Positions 37,346-51,656 of a DNA stretch of 64,000 bases are shown here, piece by piece. A program made the translations under genes and the position numbers. The stretch comes from Octopus bimaculoides. Its lineage: Eukaryota. How positions within the stretch are numbered: the first letter of the stretch is position 1; each line of letters starts with the position of its first letter. Under the pieces are notes generated by a model. The model did no database searches and was not told the DNA's origin. It worked only from the letters and a program-made list of their open reading frames with translations. Where the stretch lies: positions 25,921,922 through 25,985,921 of the forward strand of contig NC_068999.1 of NCBI RefSeq assembly GCF_001194135.2, in the 5' to 3' direction.

Positions 37346-38261
37346 TAGGTGCAGGAGGTNNNNNNNNNNNNNNNNNNNNNNNNNNNNNNNNNNNNNNNNN
37401 NNNNNNNNNNNNNNNNNNNNNNNNNNNNNNNNNNNNNNNNNNNNNNNNNNNNNNNNNNNNNNNNNNNNNNNNNNNNNNNNNNNNNNNNNNNNNNNNNNNN
37501 NNNNNNNNNNNNNNNNNNNNNNNNNNNNNNNNNNNNNNNNNNNNNNNNNNNNNNNNNNNNNNNNNNNNNNNNNNNNNNNNNNNNNNNNNNNNNNNNNNNN
37601 NNNNNNNNNNNNNNNNNNNNNNNNNNNNNNNNNNNNNNNNNNNNNNNNNNNNNNNNNNNNNNNNNNNNNNNNNNNNNNNNNNNNNNNNNNNNNNNNNNNN
37701 NNNNNNNNNNNNNNNNNNNNNNNNNNNNNNNNNNNNNNNNNNNNNNNNNNNNNNNNNNNNNNNNNNNNNNNNNNNNNNNNNNNNNNNNNNNNNNNNNNNN
37801 NNNNNNNNNNNNNNNNNNNNNNNNNNNNNNNNNNNNNNNNNNNNNNNNNNNNNNNNNNNNNNNNNNNNNNNNNNNNNNNNNNNNNNATATATATATGTAT
37901 ATATGTATGTATTCCTGTATATATCTGAGATAATAGTTTCACTTTAATAGTTTCAGTATTAAAGTGAAACTATTAAAGTGAAACTATTAAAGTGAAAATG
38001 TCTGACATTACAATAGAGAGATGCTATTGTTTCACTTTTGACACGTAATACTGCAATAGTGGAGGAGATGTGATACTGCACTGGGCTCGCACTAGGCAAG
38101 AAGTTAAGAAATTTTTTGCCTAAAACACCACATGGACCCTAAGTAAGGCATGTGTAAAATTTGAATGAAATTGGTTGTGTAGTTTTCAGGTTTTAGGCAT
38201 TCATACAGACAGACACACACACACACACACATTCTCATCTTTATATATATAGATGATCATG

Positions 38262-38565
38262 AGATTGCACCTAGAAAGTTACCCTCCAAGGCATAAATCT
38301 GGGCAAGGTTGTTTTGTGGAAGACCAGTAGTTGCCCATGCATACCAGTCTCCCCTCTTCACACCACTGACATTGTCCAAGGGAAAGGCAAGTATTGATAC
38401 AGCTAGGCATTAGTGACATCGCAAGTCATTGCTACAGTTGAATGAACTGGAGTATCCTGAAATAAAGTGTCTTGCTCAAGAACACAATGCACACACCAGT
38501 CCTGGAATTGAACTCACAACCTCATGATTATGAGCCCAACACTCTACCCACTGCGCCATTTGCCT
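38262..38565 (-). mobile_element. tRNA-derived SINE (family D)
   Basis: Minus-strand head has A box TGGCGCAGTGG and B box GAGTTCAATTCC, followed by a TGTTCTTGAGCAAGACACTT central motif. Confidence 0.75.
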
Positions 38566-39249
38566 TCACATGTGATACACAAATTACATAAAACTACAGC
38601 AGAATGTGAACTGCAATAATTTTAATTCCTAAAATATAACAGCTAGAATACACTCAAGTATTTTGAGATCAGTTGTTTATAAATAAGAAGTACTGACTAA
38701 ATTTCCAGAATCTTTATATTTATATCAAATCAAACATTAAATTTTGCTGCATTTCAATAATGTTTTAATCAATATCAGAAAATAATATATCCAGTTAACA
38801 AAATTATTTAATTATCCAATATGCAAATAAGCAGTAACAGCTATATTTTTCAGGCATCTTTGACCTCTTTTTCATTCATTTAAGAACACAAAATATCTTT
38901 CTTGAAATATGATGGTGGTAGTAAAATGTTAATAGTGACTTAGTCGTAGTAGTAGCAGTAGTAGATGTTATTATTGCTTTGTAATGAGAAACAATTGTTT
39001 AATTTAGTTCAAACATTCAACTTTTGTATTCAAACTACAAGTGTGCGTTCATTTTTATTGTAAATAATAGCAGCCAAATTTCAGTCAAAGTATCCCATGA
39101 TGCTCTTTAATGTGAAGTAACAATAATGATTTCATAACATTTGCCAGCATTTCAAAAATGCAGTCTCTCTACTACTTGCCAGTTCCTTGCTGAGTGACAA
39201 GGAAATCCAAGTAATGGAACCATAAACTGATGTTGGACAGCTGCTACTC

Positions 39250-40270
39250 ACATGCTTGTTCAGTTTGACTTCTTAGTGTGTAACTGTGAAAATCATTTAT
39301 TCATCAATGGATGTGGAGCTTTCATTGGCCAGATTCTTCAATATCAACCTTGTAGCCATCACCAAGAGAACACTCTTTAGTGGTTTGATCAATTTCTTGT
39401 ACAGCACAGTCTTCCAGGTATGACTATATTTAGTTGAAATGAAGTCAGTTTGACCATCTGGGTATCTGATATGGACATAGTAACAAATAGTATCAATCAG
39501 TTAAACTTGATTGACCTTTGGTTCACATTTTGTTTTAGGGATTAAATTGTCTAAACAAAATGTCTCTGGATTCAAAAAGCCATCCAGTTAGATAATATTC
39601 CAGTGACTTGCAACACCAGCTGTTAAAATAGTCTTTGATGATACATCAGTTTAGTTGCAGTATAAAGAAAAGACTCACATGGAGAGATTCCCCTAAAATT
39701 TCACTCCTTCATTTTAATGGCAGTTCCCTTAAATAAAGAGCAAGTATTACTGTTCTCCATAGAGTTCTATTTAGACATTCTGAAGTTGATAGTAGTTGTT
39801 CACATGGTTGTATGGACTTGATAAGTTTGGCAGAAGGAGGTTAATAGAATTGTGTTTGCTATTCTAAGAATGTAACACATCACAATGGCAATTTCTTGGA
39901 TCTGACATAATGTCATAAGTGAGTCACTCCAAGTAACACAAAAGCTTATATAAATCCAGGATTCCAGGAGATGTTATAGAGGAGCATCTGGTAAAAACAG
40001 CAGCTGCATTATAATTTATCAGGTTTTTGTTAGATGTCAGAGTGACTATTCAATGTGCCTAAGAAGATTCTAATACATCATTTACACCTACATTTGTGAC
40101 TAAAAATAAATGTAATTGCTTGTGGATCAGTCTGCAATATAAGATAACCATGAAAAATATTAAGTTCCTAAAACTTTCTATGTTAGCCATAATCTCCTTT
40201 TCAAATGATGAGAAGATATTTTATTCAGTATGAGGAAGAGTTTTTGAAGCAGAAGGCATGAGGTTTGTTT
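39250..40270 (-). mobile_element. Highly decayed Gypsy-like pol remnant (RNase H/integrase region)
   Basis: Only short motifs survive (FSSFEKEIMA, ILQTDPQAI, a GILDLYKLL...RNCHC zinc-finger-like stretch), with many stops. Confidence 0.3.
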
Positions 40271-41805
40271 CACTGTGAAAGTAAACCTAAAATTTTATTT
40301 TTAGTTTCAGCATGAGTTGAAACTTTAGTTAAAGTAGATAAGAGAGAAACATTAACTTTATGTCCTGGGCTCAAATCCTGCTGGTGTCGACTTTGTCTTT
40401 CATCCTTTCAGGGTCAATAAAATAAGTACCAGTTGAGGGCTGGGGGTTAACATGATCAACTTATCCCTATCCCCTGATAAATAGTATCTAGGTATTCTTT
40501 TTGTAATGGGAAAGTAGGAGTTGATAGGGGGTTGAATATATTCCGAAAATGGAATTTAACCAATTACAATTATGTCAACAAGAGTGTCTCTGTGTGGTTA
40601 TTTAACCTGCTGGACATAACTGCCAAATCTTTGTTAGATCATAATCTACCATATTTAAAAAATAAAAGGCACACTAGACAATGACATCCTGAATAAATAA
40701 TCACAGCCACTGTTAAACAGGTCTATTTCATCAGAGCTCACCTGGAGCTAAACAACAATAATTAAAATTTCTATAATGATTTTTGTCAAATTTGTCTGTA
40801 ACATAACTTCCAGTTTTCTCTTTCCTATGTATAACTATGCATGTATGCATGCATCCATGCATATATGTAAGTAAGTTCGCTATCTGTCCATGTATTTACC
40901 CAAAAGAAGACTTAGTTACTCATAAATTCAGCCAGTTAACACAATGAAGACTCCCTAACTAGAGCATTGTTGATGTTGTTGTTTAACCTGAGATCAGCCC
41001 TCACTGAGTGGAACTAGTATCAAAGGCTTTGCTGCTGTAAATATTTCTATCTTGTTACTATCATGTCCTTCCTCTTTTTTTTTAAAGATTGTATGCTGTG
41101 ACTTGAGGGAGGTTTGGTTGTTATTACTATTAGATTAGGGACTTCCTTGTTTGTTTGACTAAAATATAGTTAAATCCAGAGGAGCATTACTTCAATTTTC
41201 CGAGGAAGATGTGACAATGGTTGAAACTATGACAGAAGAATAAATATTGCACCAACTATTTAAGGTTACAACCCAAACATCTGACCTGAAAATTGGGGGC
41301 ACAAATGAATATTTGCTACCAATGTATTGTAAGCTATGAATATATGTTTCTAGGTTAACATATAAAATCAAATTATGTAAAATAGTTCCTGACAGTTTTA
41401 AAAGGAAACAGACAAAATTGAAAGATGATGGAGCTACATAAATGGACAAATAGATTTTTAAGTGGAAATATAAAATGAATAATAGAATCTGCAGGGAAAA
41501 CATATGAATAACTCAAATAAGACATGAGAATTGTGAAGAAAAATAGTGTAGTTGGAAGTAGGTGACAGCTACACAGTAGCTCCCCTAATTAAAACAACTT
41601 GGTTGAATGTTACTAGGTGAAAATGAACATCTAGTTCCTATTAATTTAGAATCTTTGCTTACTTTCTTGTCATGGCCTTGAAAGTGACAGCTGAAACATA
41701 AAATGGATGCTTCAAAATTTCTAAGCCTTTTATGTTAATTCAAGAGCTGTTTTCTTTATAAATGTGTTTGTGTATGTGTATTTGTGCATGTGTGTTTCAG
41801 TGTCT

Positions 41806-42197
41806 GTGGAGGCGCAATGGCCCAGTGGTTAGGGCAGCGGACTCGCGGTCATAGGATCGCGGTTTCGATTCACAGACCGGGCGTTGTGAGTGTTTATTGA
41901 GTGAAAACACCTAAAACTCCACAAGGCTCCGGCAGGGGATAGTGGTGAACCCTGCTGTACTCTTCCACCACAACTTTCTCTCACTCTTACTTCCTGTTTC
42001 TGTTGTGCCTGTAATTCAAAGGGTCAGCCTTGTCACACTGTGTCACGCTGAATATCCCCGAGAACTACATTAAGGGTACACGTGTCTGTGGAGTACTCAG
42101 CCACTTGCACGTTAATTTCACGAGCAGGCTGTTCCGTTGATCAGATCAACTGGAACCCTCGACGTCGTAAGCGATGGAGTGCCAACAACAACAACAA
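41806..42197 (+). mobile_element. Full-length tRNA-derived SINE (family C), second copy
   Basis: Aligns over its full length with 9606-9997. A/B boxes and (CAA)n tail present. Confidence 0.9.
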
Positions 42198-43769
42198 CGT
42201 TTCAGTGTCTATGTTTGTGCACCGTGTGTATCTGTATGTGTATGAGAGGGTGTGTGTGTGTAATAAAGCAAATATTGATTTCAAATTTTGGCACAAAGCC
42301 AGGGGATGGGGATAAGTTGATCGCATCGCCCCCAGCCCTCAACTGGTACTTATTTTATTGACCCTGAAAGAATGAAGGACAAAGTCGACCCTAGCAGAAT
42401 TTGAGCTCAGGGTGTAAACATAAACACGGACAAAGTGCTGCTAAACATTTTCCCCAGTGTACTAACAATTCTACCAGCTTGCCGCCTTAAACAATACAAA
42501 TACTGTCAAGTCTTTTTGTGATGATATGAGAGCATGTTGTAATTGATGAAAGACACTCAGATACTATTTTCACCGTTTTCAATCAGTGGTGATGTAAAAT
42601 GGGAGACTGTTACTCCTCCTACTCTATTTACTAATCATCATCATCATCATCATCATTTAATGTCCGCTTTCCATGCTAGCATGGGTTGGACGATTTGACT
42701 GAGGACTGGCAAACCAGATAGCTGCACCAGGCTCCAATCTGATCTGGCAGAGTTTCTACAGCTGGATGCCCTGGACGCCAACCACTCCGAGAGTGTAGTG
42801 GGTGCTTTTACGTGCCACCGGCATGAGAGCCAGTCAGGCGGTACTGGCAAGGGCCACACTCAAATGATGTTTTTTACGTGCCACCTGCACAGGAGCCAGT
42901 CCTATAGCTTTATTTTTCAATTGCTCTTTGAGTATTTATATACACTACGACACAACTCAAATGGAGCAATTCTAAATCACAGAGTTTTGCATCTGTGGTG
43001 AGAGACCTTTTGTCCAAATTCTTATGGAAAAAATTTCATGTGACCTAATCGGCCTTACCAGAAATCTTGATAAAACTATTATTCTTTATCAGCCTGCCCT
43101 GGAAAGCTTTGGTGTGGATTCTAAAAAAACCGTATATGACAATACTTTGTAAAACAGATTTTCCCTCGAATATCCAGGCATCATATTAAACAGGAAATAC
43201 AGCTGTTAAGTGCGCATGCATGCATGCACATGTGTGTGTTTTTTTTAAGTTTTCAAAAGCACTATGACAGTTCAGAATATGAGTCAAGTTAGTTTAGCTT
43301 TCAATGTAGTTCAATGATATGGAGCATTGCAGGAAAAAGCTGACAGGCGTTTACAAGGCTGTATGTGTAGAGATAAGGACTACTCCAGAGTCTTCAGAGA
43401 CTAATTTACACTGCAAAACTAGTTTCTTTTAACATGGTATTTATTGAATGATAACTAGTTTGTGTTAGTAGTATACATCAAAGTTTTTATTGTCATAGAA
43501 CATGAGAGTACAAAAAAACAGGGATTCACAAATGGAGAAAGGTGCTAAGTATTTTGAGAAGAGTACATGATAAAAAATGGTGTATAGAGGTAGCAATAAT
43601 TGGATAGTAGTGTTGAAAGTTGATTCTTAATTAGTACATTATTTATAAAGACGTATTTTATTTTTTTAACAATATAAATTGTTTACTAAATATTGGTGTG
43701 AGTATGTTAAGTACAGGCTGTACTATTTATGTGCTAATTATTTAGTGAAAGCTTAAGTGGCCATTCTGT

Positions 43770-44050
43770 GATGGTGCTGGTGGAGGTGGTGATGGTGATA
43801 GGAGTAGTGATAGTGGTGGTGGTGATGGTGGTAGGAATAGTGATAGTAGTAGTCGTGGTGGTGATGGTTGAGGTATTGGTGACAGTGGTCAGTCATGGTG
43901 GTTGTAATGACAGTGATGGTTGTGATAGCTGTGTTGTTGACATTGTTGTTAGTGGAGTGATTGGTAGTTGTGCTGTGCTGCTTGAGTTAGTAGTGATGGT
44001 AGTCCTCATAGGGGTGGTTAGAGTATTGGCAACGGTGTTGTGGTCGGTGT
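43770..44050. repeat. Degenerate (GTG/GTA)n trinucleotide tract
   Basis: Directly visible. It accounts for the Val-rich ORF 43768-44055. Confidence 0.85.
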
Positions 44051-44963
44051 CTTAGCTGCTGATCAATTCTAATTGAACAGACCTATGATCAAGGGCATTC
44101 TAATCGTGACCATCCCATCTTTTTCATGCAGGAAACCACAACATTATCCAGCTCGTCTATTCTTAATAGTGGTTGGGTGTAAATGTGTGTGCATGTATTT
44201 ATAGTGTATTTATATGTGTGTAAATGTGTTTATATGCAAATGTACAGATGGGTGGTGTTAGTGTATATATTCTCATGTGTAGATAAGTAGATGAGCAGAT
44301 TAATAAATATATAGGGAAACAGGTATATAATATAGTATAATATGACAATATAATATGATATTTAAAATTTAAATGCTCTCTGCAAGAAGCATGCATCTCA
44401 TTGAAAGGGCTCTGAAGAAGCTATAAGAAGTTGCACAAACATTCAGCTCCAAGTATAATGCTTCTTATAGCAGAAATAGCAGTGAGCTAATGAAAGTGAT
44501 TATGTCACTTCTGTTCTTTTATCATTCATCATTAACTGATATATACATATATATACATACTATGTGTGTGTATATATGTTTCCTTTTAGATTAAATCATT
44601 ATATAATTGCAAAGATTCATTTGAATCATTGAAAAAAACTGTAGGAAATGAAATATTTAAAATGTCAGTGGTATTTTTGTCTTCTATTTTTTGTATATAT
44701 GTAAGTAAATAGGCATGTGTGTGTGTGTGTGTGTGTGCATCTCCTTATCTTGACATCATGAGTTATGTGCAGGAAAATGTCACCATCATACAAACTGTGT
44801 CATACACATGCGATCTTCTACAAAATCTTGCCCAACCATTGCGCTGTTTGTGTTTGAAGCATTGGGAGAAAATATTACTTTCATGGATCTGGCCATAGAA
44901 AATATACTTCATCAAATTTTGTCAAATTCTTATAATTATAGCAAAGTGATAAGGATGAGGATG

Positions 44964-44994
<31 letters not shown>

Positions 44995-47199
44995 NNNNNN
45001 NNNNNNNNNNNNNNNNNNNNNNNNNNNNNNNNNNNNNNNNNNNNNNNNNNNNNNNNNNNNNNNNNNNNNNNNNNNNNNNNNNNNNNNNNNNNNNNNNNNN
45101 NNNNNNNNNNNNNNNNNNNNNNNNNNNNNNNNNNNNNNNNNNNNNNNNNNNNNNNNNNNNNNNNNNNNNNNNNNNNNNNNNNNNNNNNNNNNNNNNNNNN
45201 NNNNNNNNNNNNNNNNNNNNNNNNNNNNNNNNNNNNNNNNNNNNNNNNNNNNNNNNNNNNNNNNNNNNNNNNNNNNNNNNNNNNNNNNNNNNNNNNNNNN
45301 NNNNNNNNNNNNNNNNNNNNNNNNNNNNNNNNNNNNNNNNNNNNNNNNNNNNNNNNNNNNNNNNNNNNNNNNNNNNNNNNNNNNNNNNNNNNNNNNNNNN
45401 NNNNNNNNNNNNNNNNNNNNNNNNNNNNNNNNNNNNNNNNNNNNNNNNNNNNNNNNNNNNNNNNNNNNNNNNNNNNNNNNNNNNNNNNNNNNNNNNNNNN
45501 NNNNNNNNNNNNNNNNNNNNNNNNNNNNNNNNNNNNNNNNNNNNNNNNNCTCTGCGCAACAGAAACACGTCAGTCATAAAACCAAATAATTATGCTGTAT
45601 GACCAACTTTAAAATTAAACTAAAATTTGTTGATGTACCAGTCTCTATATTCTTTATAATTGTTTGAAACATATATATATAAACACATACATATTTACGT
45701 ATATGTATATTTGTGTTTATCTTTGATTTTCTTCTCCTTTGCTCTGTACCTTATAACTAGCAATACTACTCAGTATAAAAGTTATGACAACTCTAGAGAA
45801 AGTAAACTGGATGATGCAAACCTACATGGAGTTCTAAACATAATAATAGCAGTCATATATCTACTTGTACACACAATTTCTACTATATATATATATATAT
45901 ATATAGATCGTTGCTAGTGCCTCTGGACTGGCTTGTGTGGGTGGCACATAAAAGACACCATTTCGAGCGTGGCCATTGCCAGTATCGCCTGACTGGCCTT
46001 CGTGCAGGTGACACGTAAAAGCACCTACTACACTCTCTGAGTGGTTGGCGTTAGGAAGGGCATCCAGCTGTAGAAACTCTGCCAAATTTAGATTGGAGCC
46101 TGGTGTTGCCATCCGGTTTCACCAGTCCTCAGTCAAATCGTCCAACCCATGCTAGCATGGAAAGCGGACATTAAACGATGATGATGATGATGATGATGAT
46201 ATATGTATGTATNNNNNNNNNNNNNNNNNNNNNNNNNNNNNNNNNNNNNNNNNNNNNNNNNNNNNNNNNNNNNNNNNNNNNNNNNNNNNNNNNNNNNNNN
46301 NNNNNNNNNNNNNNNNNNNNNNNNNNNNNNNNNNNNNNNNNNNNNNNNNNNNNNNNNNNNNNNNNNNNNNNNNNNNNNNNNNNNNNNNNNNNNNNNNNNN
46401 NNNNNNNNNNNNNNNNNNNNNNNNNNNNNNNNNNNNNNNNNNNNNNNNNNNNNNCTATATATATATATATATATATAGATCGTTGCTAGTGCCTCTGGAC
46501 TGGCTTGTGTGGGTGGCACATAAAAGACACCATTTCGAGCGTGGCCATTGCCAGTATCGCCTGACTGGCCTTCGTGCAGGTGACACGTAAAAGCACCTAC
46601 TACACTCTCTGAGTGGTTGGCGTTAGGAAGGGCATCCAGCTGTAGAAACTCTGCCAAATTTAGATTGGAGCCTGGTGTTGCCATCCGGTTTCACCAGTCC
46701 TCAGTCAAATCGTCCAACCCATGCTAGCATGGAAAGCGGACATTAAACGATGATGATGATGATGATGATGATATATGTATGTATATGTATATCATCAACA
46801 GTATCATTTTCCATGTTTTTCTATGCTTGTATGGGTTGTACAGGTCTTTTCTAACAACCCCATTTTACTTGTTGTGATCACTTGTCATATTTTTTGTGAG
46901 GTTCAACATCCTGAGATCTGAGATCAGTCTTCATTCCTTCTGACCATGTCTTCTTCAGTCCTCTTTTTCTGAACGTTCCTTCCACTTGGATCTCCTCGCA
47001 CTTCTTTACCTTACTCTCATCCTCCATATACATCACATATCCATATGCGCATTGTCTTCTCTTATGTATAATGCAACTGGTTCCTCTTATTTAAACTTTT
47101 TGTCTCATTTGTGTTCCGTCATTGATGTACACTTATGTTACACATTCATTGGTGCACATACTCATTTCATTATATTTACTTACATTTAGATCCTCTTAC

Positions 47200-47383
47200 A
47201 TTGTGAGATGTAAAAACTTCCTCCAGTATATCTAATCTTCCCCAGTTCTTTTCACTCCTGTCCAACTGGACCTCATGCATTTGATCTTTTCCTAGGATGT
47301 CTAGTGCCAACTGTTCACCAACTTCCTTCCGCAATTTGCTACTTATGATATCTATATCATTGAAGTATTTGCTTACTGATTTC
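47200..47383 (-). CDS. Candidate internal exon (184 nt) of an unidentified gene
   Basis: Acceptor atttcatgccttccag and donor AAT|gtaaga enclose an open frame KSVSKYFNDIDIISSKLRKEVGEQLALDILGKDQMHEVQLDRSEKNWGRLDILEEVFTSHN. No TE motif recognised. Confidence 0.55.
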
Positions 47384-47722
47384 CTGGAAGGCATGAAATA
47401 TGTATGTGTATGTGTATTAAATACCACAAATTAGTAGATTAATTGTCCATTACTGCACAGTTTTATCAGTAGGATTTTTCAAATGATATGCGTAGATTTA
47501 TTTATATGTTGCCATCTTCAGAAATTATGGAATCCTGTATCATATGCAAAATAGACCACATGATCCCTGTGAATTGATCTACACATACCGTTTGAAAGAT
47601 CCTACTAATGAAACTAGTTTTTTTTTTCAATGCATATACATTCACTCTACAATAGCATTGAGTTCTTTTTGTGCATTTTCTATTTCATCACATTATGGTA
47701 TATGTATGTATGTATGTATGTA

Positions 47723-47797
<75 letters not shown>

Positions 47798-48809
47798 ATG
47801 CATGCATGCATGCATATATACATACATACACAGTCATGCATGTGTTCATGCATGTGTTCATACATGTGTATATGTATGCATGTACATACATACATATGTA
47901 TGTCTATACACATACATCTTTAAAAACTGTTTTTGACACCTCTCTACACAATTGTCATTACCATTAATGCTACTAATGCAATCGCTATTATTATCTATTT
48001 TTTGTTTTTCTATTGTTTTCTTTTAGGATTTCATTTTGTATGTACTTTTTTGCTGTACTCTTTTTTTCTCTTTCATTTTTGTATTCCTAATCATGAAATA
48101 ATAAAAATCAATCAGATGTTTATAAATCCGTGTTTTTTCCACAAAATGTGATAATTGTGTTTTGTGTCCATTTTCTTTCACTCTTTTTTTTTTTTCCGCA
48201 AATGAACCAAATATTGTTACAACAGGTAAGTAGGGCAGGTTAACAAAGTGTATTTTCTATTCATTGAAAATTAATCTAATCCATTGCTATGTCATTTACA
48301 TCAAGTTAGTAAAAACTGTGCTGATTGCTAGATTTATCTGTAGCTTATATCATATTTTATGATATTTTCTTTTATTTTTGTTCCTTTTTCATTTCAATCT
48401 TGACATTATCGATACTGAAATGTGCATTAATTGAAAGATATTTTTTAAGTCCATTTAGTAGTGACTCTAGTTTCTCAATCAATGAGAATGTTTGATATTA
48501 TTTTGTATCAGCAAGAGAGAATTGTTGGAAAATTTGGAAAAAATGCCTTGTGGTATTCATTCTGGCTATTTTACATTCTAAACTCAAATTTTACTGAGGT
48601 CAACATTCTTTCAGGGGTCAATGATATTAACCCTTTAGCATTCAGATTACTCTGCCACATGTAATGTTTATTTATTCACATTGTTTTGTATTAATCATGC
48701 ATTATTTTGTAGTTTTGAGATTTCGAAGATGTGATTGTTTATTTTTAAAATGACATTGTAAGGTGTGTGTGTGAGAGAGAGGTTTGATCTGGCCAGTTTG
48801 AACATAAAT

Positions 48810-49135
48810 TGTTATGTATTGTGTTCCATTGGTGGGTTCATCTATGTCATGTTGCCCAAAGTTGTTCTATAGGTATCTCTTTTGTTCATTGTATGGTATT
48901 TTCTATAAGTAGGCGAAGGTATTTTTGCTTGAGCAGAAATCCTTTGAGTTCTTTAAGTTGTATGTTCCTGGTATTTGGATCATCTACTATAGTACAAATT
49001 TTCCTAGCTAGACAGTGCAGTATGTTGCGTTTTGTGCATGTTGGGTAGCATGATTTGAAATTTAGGTAGTGGTGTGTATCTGTGCTTTTGTAATAAATAT
49101 CAGTTGTGATTGTGGTGTTGTTTTTAATTACAGAC
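48810..49135 (-). mobile_element. Penelope-like RT C-terminal fragment (Neptune-like)
   Basis: ORF contains DIYYKSTDTHHYLNFKSCYP...LARKICTIV, homologous to 5640-5800. Confidence 0.85.
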
Positions 49136-50705
49136 AACAAATCCGGAACACTAATGTTTGCCAAATTCCATTGAGCAAACTTATAGAAACATGTGGTCAG
49201 AAAATGTTTCTAACTTTTCCTTTCCACAAACTACATGATGCAAGTGAGGTTGAAAGAAAGATAAAGGAAAAATGTTTTATCAAAATGTTCAAACCTTTTC
49301 TGAACAGAAATAACAACAATAATATAACAACCAGTTAATGATGTGAATTAAAAAATATCTTTAACATATGAATGTAAACAAATTACAGAAGATTCCCACC
49401 AATTGAAATAAAAACAACCGAAACCAACTAAGTTTGCTCACTCAAAAAACCATTACATGTAAACCGCAAGCTAATTGATTAAAATAAAGGCAAGATCTAT
49501 GCCAGTAATATTGGTGCACCTGGCAAACTGTGATGTTTAAGTTGCATGCTGATTGATCAAAACCATATTCGAAAAATTCAGCTTGTCAGAGGCTTCTAAA
49601 AAGTATAAATAGGAAGAAGTCAGTCATTTTACTACAGTTGTCAAGCACTCAACTCAACTGTCAGTTAATAGATTTTGAAATCTGGTGATTACTACAAATG
49701 TATGAAAGCACTAACTGAAGTTTATGAACATTACTAAATATTTTTCTAAAATACAATAATAAAGAACGTGAAAACCAGACCATGTTGTAACTTTATTCAA
49801 CTAATACACACACACACACACACACACAAACACGTACATGTACGCTATAACAACTTCTCTAAACTTTCATGTATGCTTAAAATATAGTTTGTTTTACTTT
49901 TTATAATTAACACAAAAATATTTTCTGCAGAGGTAGTAATTTTTAGCCTACATTTAGACTTTGTACCAACACACTTTACAAGTACTGTAACTTTGAAAAG
50001 CAGTCTCCGTTTAAAAAGTAACCCTGCCTATGTATTCTATCTGGCCTATAATAATTCAAATTAAACATTACCCACTTTGTCTAGTTAAACTGAATTCCAA
50101 ATCTATAAGGTGCCAACAATCTTATAAAGACTAAGAAAGGAATCATAATACTGAGGAAGAATCGATAATAATAGATAGAAATTCTCAAATGCTTGATGAA
50201 AATATGTAGGGTTGGGGGAAAATCATAGAAAAAAAGATTCAACATAAAACAATGAAAGCAGGTTGTGTCTTCTAAATGACAATAAAATTCCTGCTCTGGA
50301 CAATAACATACTTCATAAAATAAACAAACAGTTAATAGATTAAAGTTACACATCTCTGGTGCCATGAACTCTTCCAAGAAATTATAAGAATACAAAATCG
50401 ATTAGTTTGAAAATATATAAACAAAATGCAAAAGATAGATTGTTACTAAAATTAAAATTATACTGAAATCTTTCATACTTTAATTATTGTGTATGTTATT
50501 GTTTAATGTTGCCTTTCATCTTTTTAAGATCAATAAATGCACCAGTTAAAAACTGGATCAATGAGGCTCACTCCTCCAAAGTCAACTTTACCTTTCATCC
50601 TTTTGGGGTTGATAAATTAAGTACCAGTGAAACACTGGGGTTGATGTAATTGACTAGTTCCTTCCCACCAAATTTCAGGCCTTGTGCTTCTAGTAGAAAG
50701 GATTA

Positions 50706-50748
<43 letters not shown>

Positions 50749-51261
50749 AGCGGTGAGCTGGCAGAATCGTTACTGCGCTGGACAAAATGCTTTCCGGCAT
50801 TTTGTCTGTCTTTACATTCTGAGTTCATATTCCGCTGAGCTCAACTTTGCCTTTCATCCTTTTGAGTACCAGTTACGCACTGGGGTCGATGTAATCGACT
50901 ATCCTCCTCCCCCAAATTTCAGGCCTTGTGCCTATAGTAGAAAGGATTATTATTATTCTTATTATTATTGTATGAAAACTCACAGCTTATTTTGCTGGGT
51001 ATGATGGAAAATCTCAGCTGTCCACAGCCAGCAGACTAAGGTGTTTACTGGTCATGCTTTAAGAGAACCCTGCAAAGAATTCTTGCAGTTCCAAGTGAAG
51101 GTATTCTACTTCACACTTGTACCAATCTTTTTCAAATGAGGAATTATGTACATTATTTACATTTGATGGATATTTGTCCTAATTCAGCCTTCATCAGGTG
51201 TCTTGGGGAAATTTTGAACCTGGGTCCTCATTCCTAAGGTTATTATTATTATTATTATTCA

Positions 51262-51333
51262 GGTCACTGCCTGGAATGGAACTCAGAATCTTGGGGTTAG
51301 TATTCCGTGCTCTTAACCACTATGCCATATGCC
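51262..51333 (-). promoter_or_regulatory. tRNA-like internal Pol III promoter module inside the PLE insertion
   Basis: A box TGGCATAGTGG and B-box-like GAGTTCCATTCC with tRNA-like spacing. No intact acceptor stem, so not a tRNA gene. Confidence 0.7.
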
Positions 51334-51613
51334 TATGGGCAATTATGGAGTGAATTTTAGGGCTTATAAATCTAATATTTTCCTATCCTTCCTTAATACC
51401 GGTTCTCATATGCTACTCATATCTGCACTTGGTCTGCTTAGAAGGTTGTTGTGTCCTAGCATATGTGCTGCTTCTTTTAGTTTCCGTATTTTCCAGTGAT
51501 GTTCTGTGTCTATTATTTTAATTTCATCCCACAGGGGGAGGTGGTCTCCATTTCTCTATACATGATTAGCTATACCCGATTTATCAATATCTCCAGGTTC
51601 GAAATTTCCCCAA

Positions 51614-51656
51614 GACACCTGATGAAGGCTGGAGGGTATATCAGCCGAAACATGTT
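51614..51656 (+). ncRNA. Type I hammerhead ribozyme motif, probably defective
   Basis: CTGATGA-A-GGCTG-loop-CAGCC-GAAA-C-AT-GT-T. The core and stem II are intact, but the 3' arm of stem I is missing. Confidence 0.7.

Noticed and set aside
45905-46790. Apparent tandem duplication of an RTE tail around a gap
   Set aside because: The two copies, including flanks, are essentially identical and sit either side of an N run, which is typical of unmerged contig overlap.
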